A stretch of DNA of 64,000 nt from Paramoeba atlantica (lineage: Eukaryota > Protista > Discosea). Shown here piece after piece: positions 34,001-44,609 of the stretch; within the stretch, counting starts at the first letter, position 1, and every line of letters begins with the position of its first letter. Position numbers and translations under genes: made by a program. A model generated the notes under the pieces. It had not been told where the DNA came from. It did no database searches and saw only the letters and a list, made by a program, of their open reading frames with translations. The stretch spans positions 615,993 through 679,992 of the forward strand of contig CDRNVI010000063.1 in the NCBI GenBank assembly GCA_977017575.1. Reading direction: 5' to 3'.

Positions 34001-35758
34001 TGGACGTACAAGTCAGCAAAATGCGAAGATGGGTATGCGGAGTAGGGAAAAGATGGAAAACGGGAAAGTGCATTCGTCTTGAATCTCTTTATCAAGATGA
34101 CTTGAAACTCAGCACAACATCAAAAATACAACGTGCTCAACTTATTGGCCATCTTGTTCGACATGAATCGCCGTTTAGCCTAGCCATTCTGTGGCGCGTG
34201 CAAGACAAATCATCATACCCTTCGATCTCTGAATTATGCGCAAAAGATTTAAATCTTTCAATAGAAGAAGTCATACATTCGTCTCGGGACCGCGCCTTAT
34301 GGAGGTCAAGCGTTGATCGACTACGAAATCGGATCGAACCACGCCCTGATTATGTACCCATCGAAGCAAAATCATGGGAAAAACGAGCAATGGTTGCACG
34401 AAAAGAATATAAGTCACTACAATTCGTCGAAGAAGGCGCATTGCCATTCCCAAATATTTCTCCAGCCGTACACATGTATACTGATGGCTCCCTTAAAACA
34501 ACGAAATCGAAAGTTACTCCTGGATGCGGAATCGTGTGGTGGGGGGATGGTATTGAGAAGTCCTTAATGGGAGTACGACCTCCAACGGATATTGAGCTCA
34601 CCATAACTGCGGTAGAGCTCTATGCCGTATATGAGGCACTGAATCTTGCGGCACATTATGGGCAGGACATTGTATTACACACAGACTCAAAATACGTATG
34701 GGAATTCTTCCACATTATAAGGCATCGATTTTGCATAGTTGGGTTTCAATTATTCCAGAGCGCGCAACTACTCAAGAAGATACAACTTTTGTGTTCTAAG
34801 ATCGAGCAAAATAGCAATGTATATTGCATCAAAACCAGAGGGCATGAAGGAAACCCGCACAACGCAACCTCAGACTGGCTCGCTAAACGAGCTTGCGCAC
34901 ATCAAGACGAAAACCCTTCCTTTACTTACCGCGGTTTTGATATCGTGACCAATCAAAAGAGGAAAGGTAACGAAATTCAAAACAATATGAAAAAGAACAA
35001 AAACAAAAATACGAAATTACCAGAGTTTGCGCACACACCTATCGAAATGTCTCCTACGCACTCTATAAGCACGAAAAATAAAGGTAACCTGATAAATGAA
35101 AAGGGGAAACGATCAAGATCCAAGAACAAGCGTGAAAATGCGAATACGCACAGCAACCAAAAAGCACGAAAAGCTGATGGAAAGAGGAGTACGAATACAT
35201 ATTCACCAGGATTCGCAGAGGTAACTTTAGCAAGAAAGCATCCACAAAGAAAGCGAGCTAATTGTGAAGAGGAGTGCAAGAGAACTCGAAAGGGGGGGAG
35301 CTCTTCTTCTAAAACGTGATTTTGGAAGCCCAAAAGTTGAATGGAGTATCATTTTATTTATTTTGTTTATTTATTTTTACTTTTATTTTATATTCAATAA
35401 TGCGATCAATTGGTCTGTTTCAGCAGTTGAAGAGGGGGTTGTGAGACGAAGGGTTGTTCATATATTTATATATATATTTATAAATTGTATTTATACGTTA
35501 TTATTTGTTTTAGTTGTGTTTCGCCAGCAGATAAGGTGGCCAAGTGTATGGGAGGTGAGTTGGAGGACATTTTCGCCCTATAGGGCCATTCTCATAAGAA
35601 AGTAATGAGGATGCACGAGTTCTTGGCTGCAGATGGACTCTTTGCGCGTAAATTTTATGTGAGTTTACATGGAGAAGTGTTTATGTTTATGGTGTAAATT
35701 GTAAACCCCCCAGCTGATATATATGTATCAGTGTCTTTGTTGTTTGTTGTTGTTGTTG
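31010..35758 (+). mobile_element. Full-length APE-RT-RNase H non-LTR element, family B, with (TTG)n tail
   Basis: Single ORF 31024..35319; about 440-nt 3'UTR; TTG repeats 35737-35758. Confidence 0.9.
31024..35319 (+). CDS. 1431-aa APE endonuclease-RT-RNase H polyprotein
   Basis: APE STMNV, LQETR, NVYSPT, GDMNA, QLDHI; RT NWRPI, NQFGFR, VDFKQAF, GTLQGDVLAP, YADD; RNase H YTDGS, ELYAV, HTDSKY, RGHEGNPHNATSDWLA. Confidence 0.95.
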   Translation: MAEASGPFESVLEVCGKLRTARCGRGNLFLPPQQRGVGTKLRQRALLQMSKVLAVGKRVAVVWCMAYNERITLWEGVVHSSLDGSGWLVKYDLMNGRLLPFPPRDDRIHVLGGRVGLLPKSLRKRNRKRKSCFRRGYREQRPKIKAMREGFAVSTMNVDTLKCKTTDEFALRKCFRLHQAVEFMRSYGVTIMALQETRLSFKSEEPIIHRRLYLAGISVHIYIMSAIKGYNGMAMLSLQPMGVEKINDRIMKGTMHIGKMKACIFNVYSPTAGAKKDKQESFDEELFDAWHDSQCSLKIICGDMNAPLQDPNGRKCCSERAQEFRKFLVTLGSKSAHQCCSAERKWTYRFPPTPKHPDGLTKQLDHIIINSRFSSAFRYQKVLLAPIPTRHCAVIAGLNIKWRVACKPGKLQPFWGSLRNETICDTFVKNVEESIQGGNKRSREGSIGPALWDKLSSAVNSAAEKLPRKIANIGKAPDSETDSHSLDMKTIVQIARNRRTFDTFAREHGKMIEECVKEECEVIQEKLYKCPKSAYQAIRYIVGENRKVFSMFGENVRDSMCRVRGHFQAIGNQLNQISEPINFPNCNKSLIGIEDTEFTLKELRISLQKVKSGKASGSDNIPIEALSTLAQSEEALGMLLNIINEVMCTGAAADKWKMILQVPLPKKGNLNDLTNWRPICIVNHVVKVMNRMVLERIQPAVENMLRSNQFGFRPHRSTAGAKATFVEIATKASRGEGVAVAFVDFKQAFPSVTFSAIRDALRAFHIPENITKVIMSMYEGLKSYVRTPHGDTESFSIENGTLQGDVLAPYLFIMVLDRIMAEAIDAKGLGVIAYSTGTKSRGEKHLRISDVAYADDVVLFASSRSELSEMLENLCKYAKRANLQVNLGKNKTAWMVLGKIDDMTAPLLVPSVGEIPRVYKYKYLGSTQENENRHVAPQERIRLGWATMHKLHAIWNSPIQVASRLKIFRTLVMPVINYNCGTWNISSNQMSELDVQVSKMRRWVCGVGKRWKTGKCIRLESLYQDDLKLSTTSKIQRAQLIGHLVRHESPFSLAILWRVQDKSSYPSISELCAKDLNLSIEEVIHSSRDRALWRSSVDRLRNRIEPRPDYVPIEAKSWEKRAMVARKEYKSLQFVEEGALPFPNISPAVHMYTDGSLKTTKSKVTPGCGIVWWGDGIEKSLMGVRPPTDIELTITAVELYAVYEALNLAAHYGQDIVLHTDSKYVWEFFHIIRHRFCIVGFQLFQSAQLLKKIQLLCSKIEQNSNVYCIKTRGHEGNPHNATSDWLAKRACAHQDENPSFTYRGFDIVTNQKRKGNEIQNNMKKNKNKNTKLPEFAHTPIEMSPTHSISTKNKGNLINEKGKRSRSKNKRENANTHSNQKARKADGKRSTNTYSPGFAEVTLARKHPQRKRANCEEECKRTRKGGSSSSKT

Positions 35759-38581
35759 GATGCAACGTAAGCCGCGGAGGCGTGGAGAGCTGCGGATCTC
35801 AGACCTAATCCCCCATGACGCTTCAGTCGCTGTGCTTGAGATTGTGCTGACCTGTCCAGAGGACAGATGATTGCCTCTATAGCGGTCATGAGAAAGTCGT
35901 CTAAACGGGAGCAAAGGTGAATCAGGGACTGTGGGGGCGTGCTTCTCATGGCATACACCATTTGACAGAACCCCGCACATTGACGAATTAGGGCAAGCGC
36001 GACCTGGGGGTCCTGAATGTTGGTGATGGCATCGAGGGTATCCTCGGCTGGTTCTAGGGCGTGAGAAAGAAGATAAGCAGAGCAGTGGTCGGCGGATCCT
36101 ACAGGACTCCCTAGTATGTCAAAGTTCCCCTGCGAATTGATCTTCTCGTCGGGTATGTCTGGGAAGTAATCAGCCTGGTGGGCCGAGCTGGGGGAAGTAA
36201 TAATTTCGCATTTCGACGTATTGAGATACAAGTCCCATTGAGGTCCTACTCGGGCGATCGTGTCTAGGGCGTCTCTAACTTCCTGCGCCTGGCCAACGAG
36301 GACGCCATCGTCGAGATACCAGAGTTGGGCGGGAATATCAGTTTGAAGGTTAATGGCTTCTGAGAGCTCCAGGGCCACTAACGAGAAGAGCAATGGTCCT
36401 AGGGGATCGCCCTGTTGTACTCCTTCCTCGGAGGAGATGAATCGGGCCCCGTAGGTAAGAGAGCTGGGGTCGGAATAGCACCAATTGATCCAAGGGAAGA
36501 GTTCCGGGAAATATTCCTGTACTAGTGGAAGGAAGGCAGCCCTGCTTACGTTATTGAAAGCGTTACGTAGGTCCACTTTGCACATGACGAAGTTCGGGTT
36601 TTCCATATTGGACGACATGGCCAGGCGACACATGTGAATGACTCTTTCGGCCCCGGCTGGAGCTGCCACTCCGTACTGTTTGCCTTCAAAGAGCTCGCTC
36701 GCTTTGGGTCGGATTGCGTTGCATACGGCTTTGCTCGCTAATCGCCGAAGGGTTTCACCGGCAGCGATCGGACGAACATCATTTTCACCCTTTGATAGGG
36801 CGCATAAGCGCGCCCCTGCGAAGTGCGCCTGTACTTCAGAGGGTGCCTTCCCAGCTAGGAGGTGATTTGTTAGCTTTGTGAGGGATCGGAGAAAGTCATT
36901 TCCGTGTACGAGCAGTGCTGCCTGTAGGTGCTCTGGGCGTAATCCCATAGTGCCGGCAGAGGAACCCCTGTTGAAGCTCTTCAGCGTCTTTGCAACTTCG
37001 CGTTCGTCAAGTTCCAGTGGAGCGCAGTTCGGGGGCGGGCAGTTTTCGCACGAGTCAATTTGAAGACGACGGGGGTGTTTTTCTAGCAATTTTTCAAATG
37101 TTCGTCATCGTCAGGCGCCATTGGATCTGACGTTAGGGAGGCCAACCCTCTAGAGAGCTCGCCGTGGCGGACGAGGAGTTCTGCTCGAATCGCTGCCTTC
37201 TCGTCTTCGTCAGGGAATTCCGTTGGAGATTTTTGCTTTTTTCGACAGGCTACAATTGCTTCGCTCCATAGGTCCGAGTACTCTTGTTCCGCCCAACGCT
37301 GCATGCATTTATACGCATGTGAGGCATATGCCATGTGGCCTTTGCGGCCCCCTCGATGCGGAGCTGGTAAAACGCATTTGGGAAGCATGGCCAGAAGCGT
37401 CCATGCCTGTAAGGAGTTTTCAGAGACCGCGTTCCGAATGGCGGAGGAGAGGATTTCTTCCCAGATCTGGCGGCAACGATAAGGCACGTCTTTGCACGTA
37501 CTCAGCTGAAGAGAGCAGACAGAAGGAAGAGGTGGGAGCTCAAAGTTGGTGTTCTCTGGTGTTGGTGCGGTGCTCACTTCGTTGGGTGGAGTAAGAAGTT
37601 CGGGAGAAAGGAGCGCGACGGTTTTCGTTCCTTTGCAGCTGTGTGTGTGCGATGATCGTTTGTGGTTGTCGTAGTGGCGTCCGCATGAGGTGCATAGAAA
37701 ACGGCCTTCTCTGTACCACCATTCATTAGGGATGCTGTTACCGTGCCGGCATGCGACATGGTTATAGAAGGCTTGCCAGGATCCGCCATGCGACGGACTG
37801 CGCCATGAACATCCCTGGGCCGGGCACTCTCGGAGCGCGGCAGACTTTCCTTGGGACAATGAGTTGGGCTCAGCGAGGCTAACGCCAGCGTTTTCAATAT
37901 TCTGGGTTTCGTGTCTTCTTCCTGGTTGCTCTTGAGATGGGCCCGGAATAAGTTCATAAGGATGCAAGAGTGAAGGTGTCTCTGGGTCTACCCGGTATCG
38001 GATGAGCTTATTTCTCCGTGGAGTAGGGGTTTTCTTGGAGTGACCTTTAATGTCCTCATTGCTACGTGCTTGGGCGGATAGAGCAGTTTTGAGTGGTGTA
38101 CTTAGATGCTGTGTAGCATTCAAAGCCTCTTTCGTCTTCTTCGCTGGCGTTACTTGCCTGATAACAGCGGAGTGTTGCATCTCTTCATTTTCGACCTCCG
38201 TGTGACCTGTGTCCGGTGTTTCATTAACCCCACCTACGATCGCGTTCGTTCGGCGGATCCAATCTTCAGGAATATTCTGAGGGATGGGGGTCGTGTAAAG
38301 GTCTTCATGGTATGTGCTCGTCCCCGTGATTAAATGTTCGTTTCCTTTAAATTGGTCCCAAGACCCCGGTCGGTGAGTTCTGCCATTAATTTCTAAGCAT
38401 TTGTCGTCCGTCTCCATGGCTTCGGCTTCGTGGTCCGGATTTCCGCTGTTGTCGTCTATGGGAGGAAGTGTGACTGCGGGGGGGATGATACCAGACATAA
38501 AAATTAACCCGTACCTCGGAAAGAGATGAAATAGAAAAAATTCAACAAGGTACAGAAACTGTATCTTTATCGTTAAAGATT
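35759..38581 (-). mobile_element. SL-capped E-like CRE element D; frameshift near 37085; 3' part lost at the junction with the tail of element B
   Basis: ATG 38498; LsmAD-like GSWDQFKGNEHL...TYHEDLYTT; two Zn fingers; RT RPIAAGE, DLRNAF, GVQQGDPLGP, WYLDD; ends at SAAYVAS. Confidence 0.88.
38543..38581 (-). other. Retroposed full-length 39-nt spliced-leader exon
   Basis: AATCTTTAACGATAAAGATACAGTTTCTGTACCTTGTTG on the minus strand, abutting the poly(A) of the upstream element. Confidence 0.88.
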
Positions 38582-39200
38582 TTTTTTTTTTTTTTTTTTT
38601 TTGGGTATATGAATTTAAAACAAGCAATCAAATTGGCAATTCTTTTTATTTCCACAGAAGCATATTTTCTTTTTCTTTTTTTTCTCAGCCCAAAACTAGC
38701 AATTCACCTTTTTTTTTTTTTCTTTTTCTTTTTTCTCAGCCCAAAACTAGCAATTCAATCTCCCCTAAGTATATACGACAAATAAGACACAGTAAAAATT
38801 AAAACAAGCAATCCAGACCCAATCCATTCGCGCGTTCCGGACCGGGTCTTTCGACCTCTCCACGGCCTGACTTGTGAACCCTTCCCTTGCTATACGGGAG
38901 GGCGCAGGCGCGGGCCTGTGTCGACAACGACACGGTCACGAAACAGGATGCTGGCCGACGGGGAGGAGATTCACTACCCGTGTACTACCTCACTTGGGGT
39001 ACCTAGCCCTGACGGACTAGGCGTGAGCATAGACTCTGTCGACCCGACCAGCATCCGTACCGGGAGTTTCCCACGAAAGTCACCTGGCCATACCCCTGGT
39101 CATACACAACGAGAGCCGGGTCGGCGTTTGCCGCGGGAAAACGTTGTATAGCGGCCAGATTTCGCAGGCGAGGAAGTCTTTGGGTGTGGCGAGTGATCCA

Positions 39201-42200
39201 CTACTCGTTCCCATAGCCTAGGAGCGCTGAATCAGGACCCACAGCAGGCCGGCGTAGGACGAGCATGCGGGCTTGGGATCTCATGAGGGTTACATTTAGG
39301 GATGTAAGCAACCGGTGTAGAGCATCCCCTTTCGGTAAAATATCCCCGGAATTGGCATTGCATGCCCTACCTGCAGCAACCACCCTAAGGATTGACATTG
39401 CGCTAGGGCTCCACGAGCCAAACGATTCTACCACCATGGCGGTAAACTTCATTCGCACCGCTTCAGCCTCTTCTCGTTGTTTAGCCTTGTTGGCGGTCGC
39501 GTATTGCTCCGCAAACGACCCCGCCGTCACCCAGTTAGCGTCACGGACTGTGTCCGTATATTTTTGTTGCTGGACATGAGTGACAGCGAAGTCGAGTACG
39601 AGGGCCTGACCGCGACCGAAACTTCGGATGAATACGTCCCCAGGTCTGGTGAGTGCGCCACCCGGACCTATGTTCCCCAAACTCACTTCTCTTTGAGGGG
39701 CAAGCCCGGCCTTTGAACATTCCGCAGAGAATTGGGATACCAAGGCACTGTGCCGAGCAGTGATCCCGTGCCCGCATTTGCATGCCAGTGCGTGTTCACC
39801 CCCTGGGCCTAAGGGCTGTTTGCACTTTTCCATGGGGCAGGGACGGAGGCCCGGGTAGATGGTTTCCCCCAGCCACCAACGGATTAACATGCGAAACTCC
39901 GTGGGGGCGTACGCAAAGCCGTTCTTTTTGGACGGCAACACGAAAGCCCACTCCGACGCCCCTTCTCCCGTTTCCGAGCTCCACCGAGCCCTCGTGCTTG
40001 GATCAGCGTGGGCGAGTGCGTGTTCGAACGCGTGGGATGAAATAGCATGGCTCAGGTCCCTTTGTCGAGGTATGACCAATTTATTGTCTATTTCATGGAT
40101 CGGATTGGTTTGAAAGGGTTGGTGCTCTGAAACGGCCGAGCTTTGTAGAATTTTGCCCGTTTCATTGTCAACGATATTCTTCCCTGCGCGTTTGTTCACG
40201 TCGATCACTGCCTCATCGAAATCTTTTGCGTCCGTTGGATCCCAAAAGTCTTTCTCCGCTGCGAAGGCGACTGAGGCCACATAAGCGGAGGCAGAATGCT
40301 CCTCAGCTGAACGGAGTCCCAAGCCACCAAACCGTTTGCCTCTCTGTGCTTGGCGCCTTGCTGCGTCGCTGAATGGCCCGAAAAAGTGTGAGGTAGCGTC
40401 TTGCACTGCGTCGTCGAGACGTCGGCAGAGATCCTGGAGCTCCGACGTTGGGGTAGTACGGAGTGAGTAGACCATCTGACAGAAGCCCGTGCAATGCCGA
40501 ATAAGTGAAAGGGCTACCTGGGGGTCCTCGAGGTTGGTAATGGCTTCCAGCGAGTCCTCTGCGTGTTCAATGGCGTTGTCAAGGAGAAATTGACGGCGGA
40601 ACTCGGTTGTCCCTACAGGGCTACCTAACATATGGAAATTACCCTCAGTGTTTTTATTCGATCCAGGTAGGTCGGGGAAGACAGAAGAACGATGAGACGA
40701 TGCGGGGTGCGCAGCGAGTTCACATTTCGCAGCATTCAGATGTAAACCCCATCGCGGGCCGTTTAGTTCTAGCACATCAAATGCGTGTCGTACATCGCAT
40801 GATGCGCCCGCCAGTATTCCGTCATCTAGATACCATAGATTCAGGTCTAGTTTCGGTGTTGCCGCGTGGATTTCCGAAGCAAGCTCCCTCATAACCAGTG
40901 AGAAGAGGAGGGGGCCAAGGGGGTCGCCTTGTTGTACCCCTTCAGAAGACTTTACCGTACGCGTACCGAATGTGAGTAAACTTTCTGTAGAATAACACCA
41001 CTCTACATAATGACTGAGTTCGGGAAAGTGCATGCGCGTTAAATCAGTGAACCTGTCACGGGACACCTGGTTGAAGGCATTCCGGAGGTCTATTTTGCAT
41101 AGAAGGAAGTCGTCATCGTCTACGTGGGCCGCGAATGTCTGACGGCAAAGATGGATAACACGTTCCGCCCCGGCCGGTGTAGCGACCCCGTATTGGTGTC
41201 CCTTAAAAAGTTTGCGGGCTCTGGTTTTGGCAGAGAAGCAAGCAACTTTGCTGGCCAAGCGGCGAAGGGTTTCACCAGCGGCGATCGGGCGTACGTCGTG
41301 TTCCCCCTTCTTCAAGGCACACAATCGACCTCCAGCGTAGTGGCTTTTGACTTCTAATGGTGCTTTTCCGGCTAGCATGTGATTGGTGAACTTTGTGAGT
41401 ATTTCCAAAGGACCGGTCTGACCATCGTGATGACCATGTATAGCAACTTGCACGTGTTCCGGCCGCAGACCAAAGGCACCCCCGGAGGAACCCCGATGAA
41501 AAGTCGAGAGTGCCGCCGATACTTCATCCTCCGTCACTTTAAGAGGTTCCACGTCCACTGATGGGCTGGGTGTATCTGATGCGGAGAGTCGGGGGGGATG
41601 CTTTGCCTGAAGCTTTGCGTAAGTCTCATCATTGTCCGGAGCGAGTGGCGCAGATGTCAGTGCGGTCATGGCGCGTGAGAGCTCCCCGTCACGTACGAGT
41701 CTTTCGGCTCGTAGTGCGGATTTTTTCTCTTCTTCTTCGAGACTCTGCGCTTTCTCCACGCTTCTCTTCTTCTTGCCCGTGACGCTCTTGACAGCTTCAG
41801 CCCAGAGCGCCAGGAACTCTTTCTTGGACCAGCGAGAAAGGCATTTCCGTACGTGGGAAGCATACGATGTTTTCGCCCGGCTACCTCCTCGATGGGGGGC
41901 AGGTATAACGCATTTGGGCAGCATAGCGAGGAGAGTCCACGCTTCAATGGTATTCTCTCGGATTACCGAATCTAGACACCCGCAAAGCGCCTTTGCCCAC
42001 TCTGGTCGGCAGCTGTTGGGTATATCTTTGCAAGTGGTAATGGGCAAGGCGCATATGGAAAAGAGACTTGGAAGGGGTGTGTCACTGTTCATTATATAGG
42101 TTTCGTCGGTAGTGTTCTGGTCTGCCTGTGCGTCGGATATTTCGTTTTTCTCTAGCGGCACGTCAGCACTCGAGACAGAAGTGTCGTCACTCGGTGTGGG

Positions 42201-43226
42201 GTTCCGTTGAGTGTGCGTCGAGGAAGCGCGGAACGAGCAATTCTTAATATGAGCGTCCTGTTTGCTTAGATCATAATGTTTTTCACATTTTCGGCATCGA
42301 AATCTTCCTTCCCCTGTCCACCAGCTGTCCGGAGCTTCGTCTCCATGTCTGTGGGCTACGTGATTATAGTATGATTGCCATTGACCACCGTGCGGCCCCG
42401 TCGTCCAGGTACACCCCTGAATAGGACATTTCCGGAACGTGTCACTTTGTGAAAGTGCCTTTCTGGGTGTAGCAACCACATTTCTGGCTGTATTCGGTTG
42501 GGTGTAAGCTTTTTTAAGGGCTTGATCGTGGCGCTTGCGCTTTCCTTCGGGGGGGACGGGGGTTTGGTCTTTCGGAGGAGAGTCTGTGACATCCCCGTCA
42601 CTGCTATCACTTGTGGGAACACTACTCACTTGAGAATACTGGGTGGTCTTAGGGCTCTTCTTCTTTTTTCGTCTTCCTGGCCGTGCGCTGATCGAAAAAT
42701 CGAGGTCATTTTGAGTAAGGTCTGGAAATACTATGTCATTCTCGTTTTGTTGAGAGTCGTTCGGATTCGTTTTCCGGAGGACGCGTTCGCACTTCTCCTT
42801 TACAGCCTTATTTGATAACTTGGATTGGCTGAGCAAAGAAGAGTCAGAGCCTATGAATTGGAATCGAAAACCCCCGTTTTCCTCCTGAGCGCAATTTTTC
42901 TCCCCAAAGCGAGCACCTACATTTTCCTCCTGAAGGACATTGGAATGAATATCTGCCTCAGTCATTCCGTCAACGTGACCTGTGTCAGGTGTTGGGCCGG
43001 CAGGTGCGTTTGTTATGCTAAAGGCAATGTCTTCCGCTTGCTGTATTTTTTCAGGGGAAAGGTCCTGCGGTATTTCTGTGGTGTAAAGTAGTTCGTCGTA
43101 AGTACTCTTCCCGTTCGTTAGGTGTTCGTTAGCCTTAAATTGATCATACGACCCTACCTTGTGAGAGGCAGCTTCCTTCCCAAAGTTACAGTCCGTTCGT
43201 GTTTTAGAACTCGTTGACACGCCCAT
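39201..43226 (-). CDS. About 1340-aa protein: LsmAD-like, CCHH and CCHC Zn fingers, RT, CCHC, RLE
   Basis: Likely start MGVST at 43226; CPIQGC...HVAHRH; CRKC...H...C; DLRNAF; GVQQGDPLGP; WYLDD; CPMEKC...HALAC; RHSALV; RPGD...DFAVTH...K. Confidence 0.93.
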   Translation of the reverse strand: MGVSTSSKTRTDCNFGKEAASHKVGSYDQFKANEHLTNGKSTYDELLYTTEIPQDLSPEKIQQAEDIAFSITNAPAGPTPDTGHVDGMTEADIHSNVLQEENVGARFGEKNCAQEENGGFRFQFIGSDSSLLSQSKLSNKAVKEKCERVLRKTNPNDSQQNENDIVFPDLTQNDLDFSISARPGRRKKKKSPKTTQYSQVSSVPTSDSSDGDVTDSPPKDQTPVPPEGKRKRHDQALKKAYTQPNTARNVVATPRKALSQSDTFRKCPIQGCTWTTGPHGGQWQSYYNHVAHRHGDEAPDSWWTGEGRFRCRKCEKHYDLSKQDAHIKNCSFRASSTHTQRNPTPSDDTSVSSADVPLEKNEISDAQADQNTTDETYIMNSDTPLPSLFSICALPITTCKDIPNSCRPEWAKALCGCLDSVIRENTIEAWTLLAMLPKCVIPAPHRGGSRAKTSYASHVRKCLSRWSKKEFLALWAEAVKSVTGKKKRSVEKAQSLEEEEKKSALRAERLVRDGELSRAMTALTSAPLAPDNDETYAKLQAKHPPRLSASDTPSPSVDVEPLKVTEDEVSAALSTFHRGSSGGAFGLRPEHVQVAIHGHHDGQTGPLEILTKFTNHMLAGKAPLEVKSHYAGGRLCALKKGEHDVRPIAAGETLRRLASKVACFSAKTRARKLFKGHQYGVATPAGAERVIHLCRQTFAAHVDDDDFLLCKIDLRNAFNQVSRDRFTDLTRMHFPELSHYVEWCYSTESLLTFGTRTVKSSEGVQQGDPLGPLLFSLVMRELASEIHAATPKLDLNLWYLDDGILAGASCDVRHAFDVLELNGPRWGLHLNAAKCELAAHPASSHRSSVFPDLPGSNKNTEGNFHMLGSPVGTTEFRRQFLLDNAIEHAEDSLEAITNLEDPQVALSLIRHCTGFCQMVYSLRTTPTSELQDLCRRLDDAVQDATSHFFGPFSDAARRQAQRGKRFGGLGLRSAEEHSASAYVASVAFAAEKDFWDPTDAKDFDEAVIDVNKRAGKNIVDNETGKILQSSAVSEHQPFQTNPIHEIDNKLVIPRQRDLSHAISSHAFEHALAHADPSTRARWSSETGEGASEWAFVLPSKKNGFAYAPTEFRMLIRWWLGETIYPGLRPCPMEKCKQPLGPGGEHALACKCGHGITARHSALVSQFSAECSKAGLAPQREVSLGNIGPGGALTRPGDVFIRSFGRGQALVLDFAVTHVQQQKYTDTVRDANWVTAGSFAEQYATANKAKQREEAEAVRMKFTAMVVESFGSWSPSAMSILRVVAAGRACNANSGDILPKGDALHRLLTSLNVTLMRSQARMLVLRRPAVGPDSALLGYGNE

Positions 43227-43259
43227 GTAATGGTTGAATGTAAGAAAGAAAAAATAATT

Positions 43260-43297
43260 CAACAAGGTACAGAAACTGTATCTTTATCGTTAAAGAT
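43260..43297 (-). other. Retroposed spliced-leader exon (38 nt)
   Basis: ATCTTTAACGATAAAGATACAGTTTCTGTACCTTGTTG, 33 nt upstream of ATG 43226. Confidence 0.88.
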
Positions 43298-43301
43298 ATT
43301 C

Positions 43302-43304
<3 letters not shown>

Positions 43305-43334
<30 letters not shown>

Positions 43335-44457
43335 AATTAATAAGGGGGGAGAAGTATGAATCGCGGCATTGCCTCTATATTTTGACCCAGTAGACGAACC
43401 AAGTACATAGTAGGTCCATTAGGGGGGTATATGAATTTAAAGGGGTATATGAATTTAAAATAAAATTTTTTTTTTTTTTTTTTAGATATCGTAAAAGAAC
43501 CATGAAGGTCCATTGGGGGGGGTATATGATTTGTAAACAAGCAATCAAATTAGCAATTTCACATGTTGTAGCCCAAAACTAGTAATTCAACCTGCCTTAA
43601 GTTATTTATGATTCTGATAACAATAATAATAAAAAAGGAAGCAATCCACGCCCAATCCATCCGCGCGTTCCATTTTTTTTTTTTTTTTTTTTTTGTTTTT
43701 ATGCAAATAAAGAAAATTTTTCTCTCTCTTTCTCCTCTTTCTCACCTCTTGACATACTTTTCCCACCTTTCTCCCTACTTTCCTGCTTTCCCCTACCCAA
43801 CTTTTCAACTTTTCAGGGGGGGTAAGGTCTCCCTCAGCTTCGCCTCACCCGGCCTGCAGGCGGCTCCTCAACCATTCGCGCGTTCCGGACCGGGTCTTTC
43901 GACCTCTCCACGGCCTGACTTGTGGACCTTTTTTTTTTTTTTTTTTTTTTTAGGGGGGAGAAGTATGAATCGCGGCATTGCCTCTATATTTTGACCCAGT
44001 AGACGAACCAAGTAGGTCCATTGGGGGGGTATACGAGTTGAAAACAAGTAATCAAATTAGCAATTCTTTTTGTTTCCACAGATGTACCTTTTGTTTTTTC
44101 TCTCAGCCCAAAACTAGCAATTTTTTTTTTTTTTTTTTTTGTTTTTATGCAAATAAAGAAATTTTTTCTCTCTCTCTTTCTCCTCTTTCTCACCTCTTGA
44201 CATACTTTTCCCACCTTTCTCCCTACTTTCCTGCTTTCCCCTACCCAACTTTTCAACTTTTCAGGGGGGGTAAGGTCTCCCTCAGCTTCGCCTCACCCGG
44301 CCTGCAGGCGGCTCCTCAACCATTCGCGCGTTCCGGACCGGGTCTTTCGAACTCTCCACGGCCTGACTTGTGGACCCTTCCCTTGTTATACGGGAGGGCG
44401 CAGGCGCGGGCCTGTGTCAACAGCGACACGGTCACGTGTCGCTGTTTTGTCACGTGT
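43305..44457 (-). mobile_element. Stack of poly(A)-ended E-family 3'UTR modules with chimeric inserts (about 43695-43927 duplicated at 44141-44375)
   Basis: Repeated AATCGCGGCATTGCCTCTATATTTTGACCCAGTAGACG and CCATTCGCGCGTTCCGGACCGGG blocks separated by long T-runs. Confidence 0.8.
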
Positions 44458-44609
44458 TTTTTTTTTTTTTTTTTTTTTTTTTTTGAGCCTTCTCCCAAAG
44501 ATCGTTCGTATTATCCTAAATCTCGCAGGCATTCTAAACACGGATAATCGTTGTGAATAATAATAGGAACTTTTAAGAGCTTTTCTAATGTGCGAACTTG
44601 TTGGTCGAC

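Larger units (their letters stand above)
38582..43297 (-). mobile_element. Full-length SL-capped, polyadenylated CRE-clade element E
   Basis: SL 43260-43297; uninterrupted ORF; about 600-nt 3'UTR; T-run 38581-38602. Confidence 0.92.

Noticed and set aside
33142-35333. Many short antisense ORFs opposite the large RT ORFs (throughout the window)
   Set aside because: Shadow ORFs with no motifs
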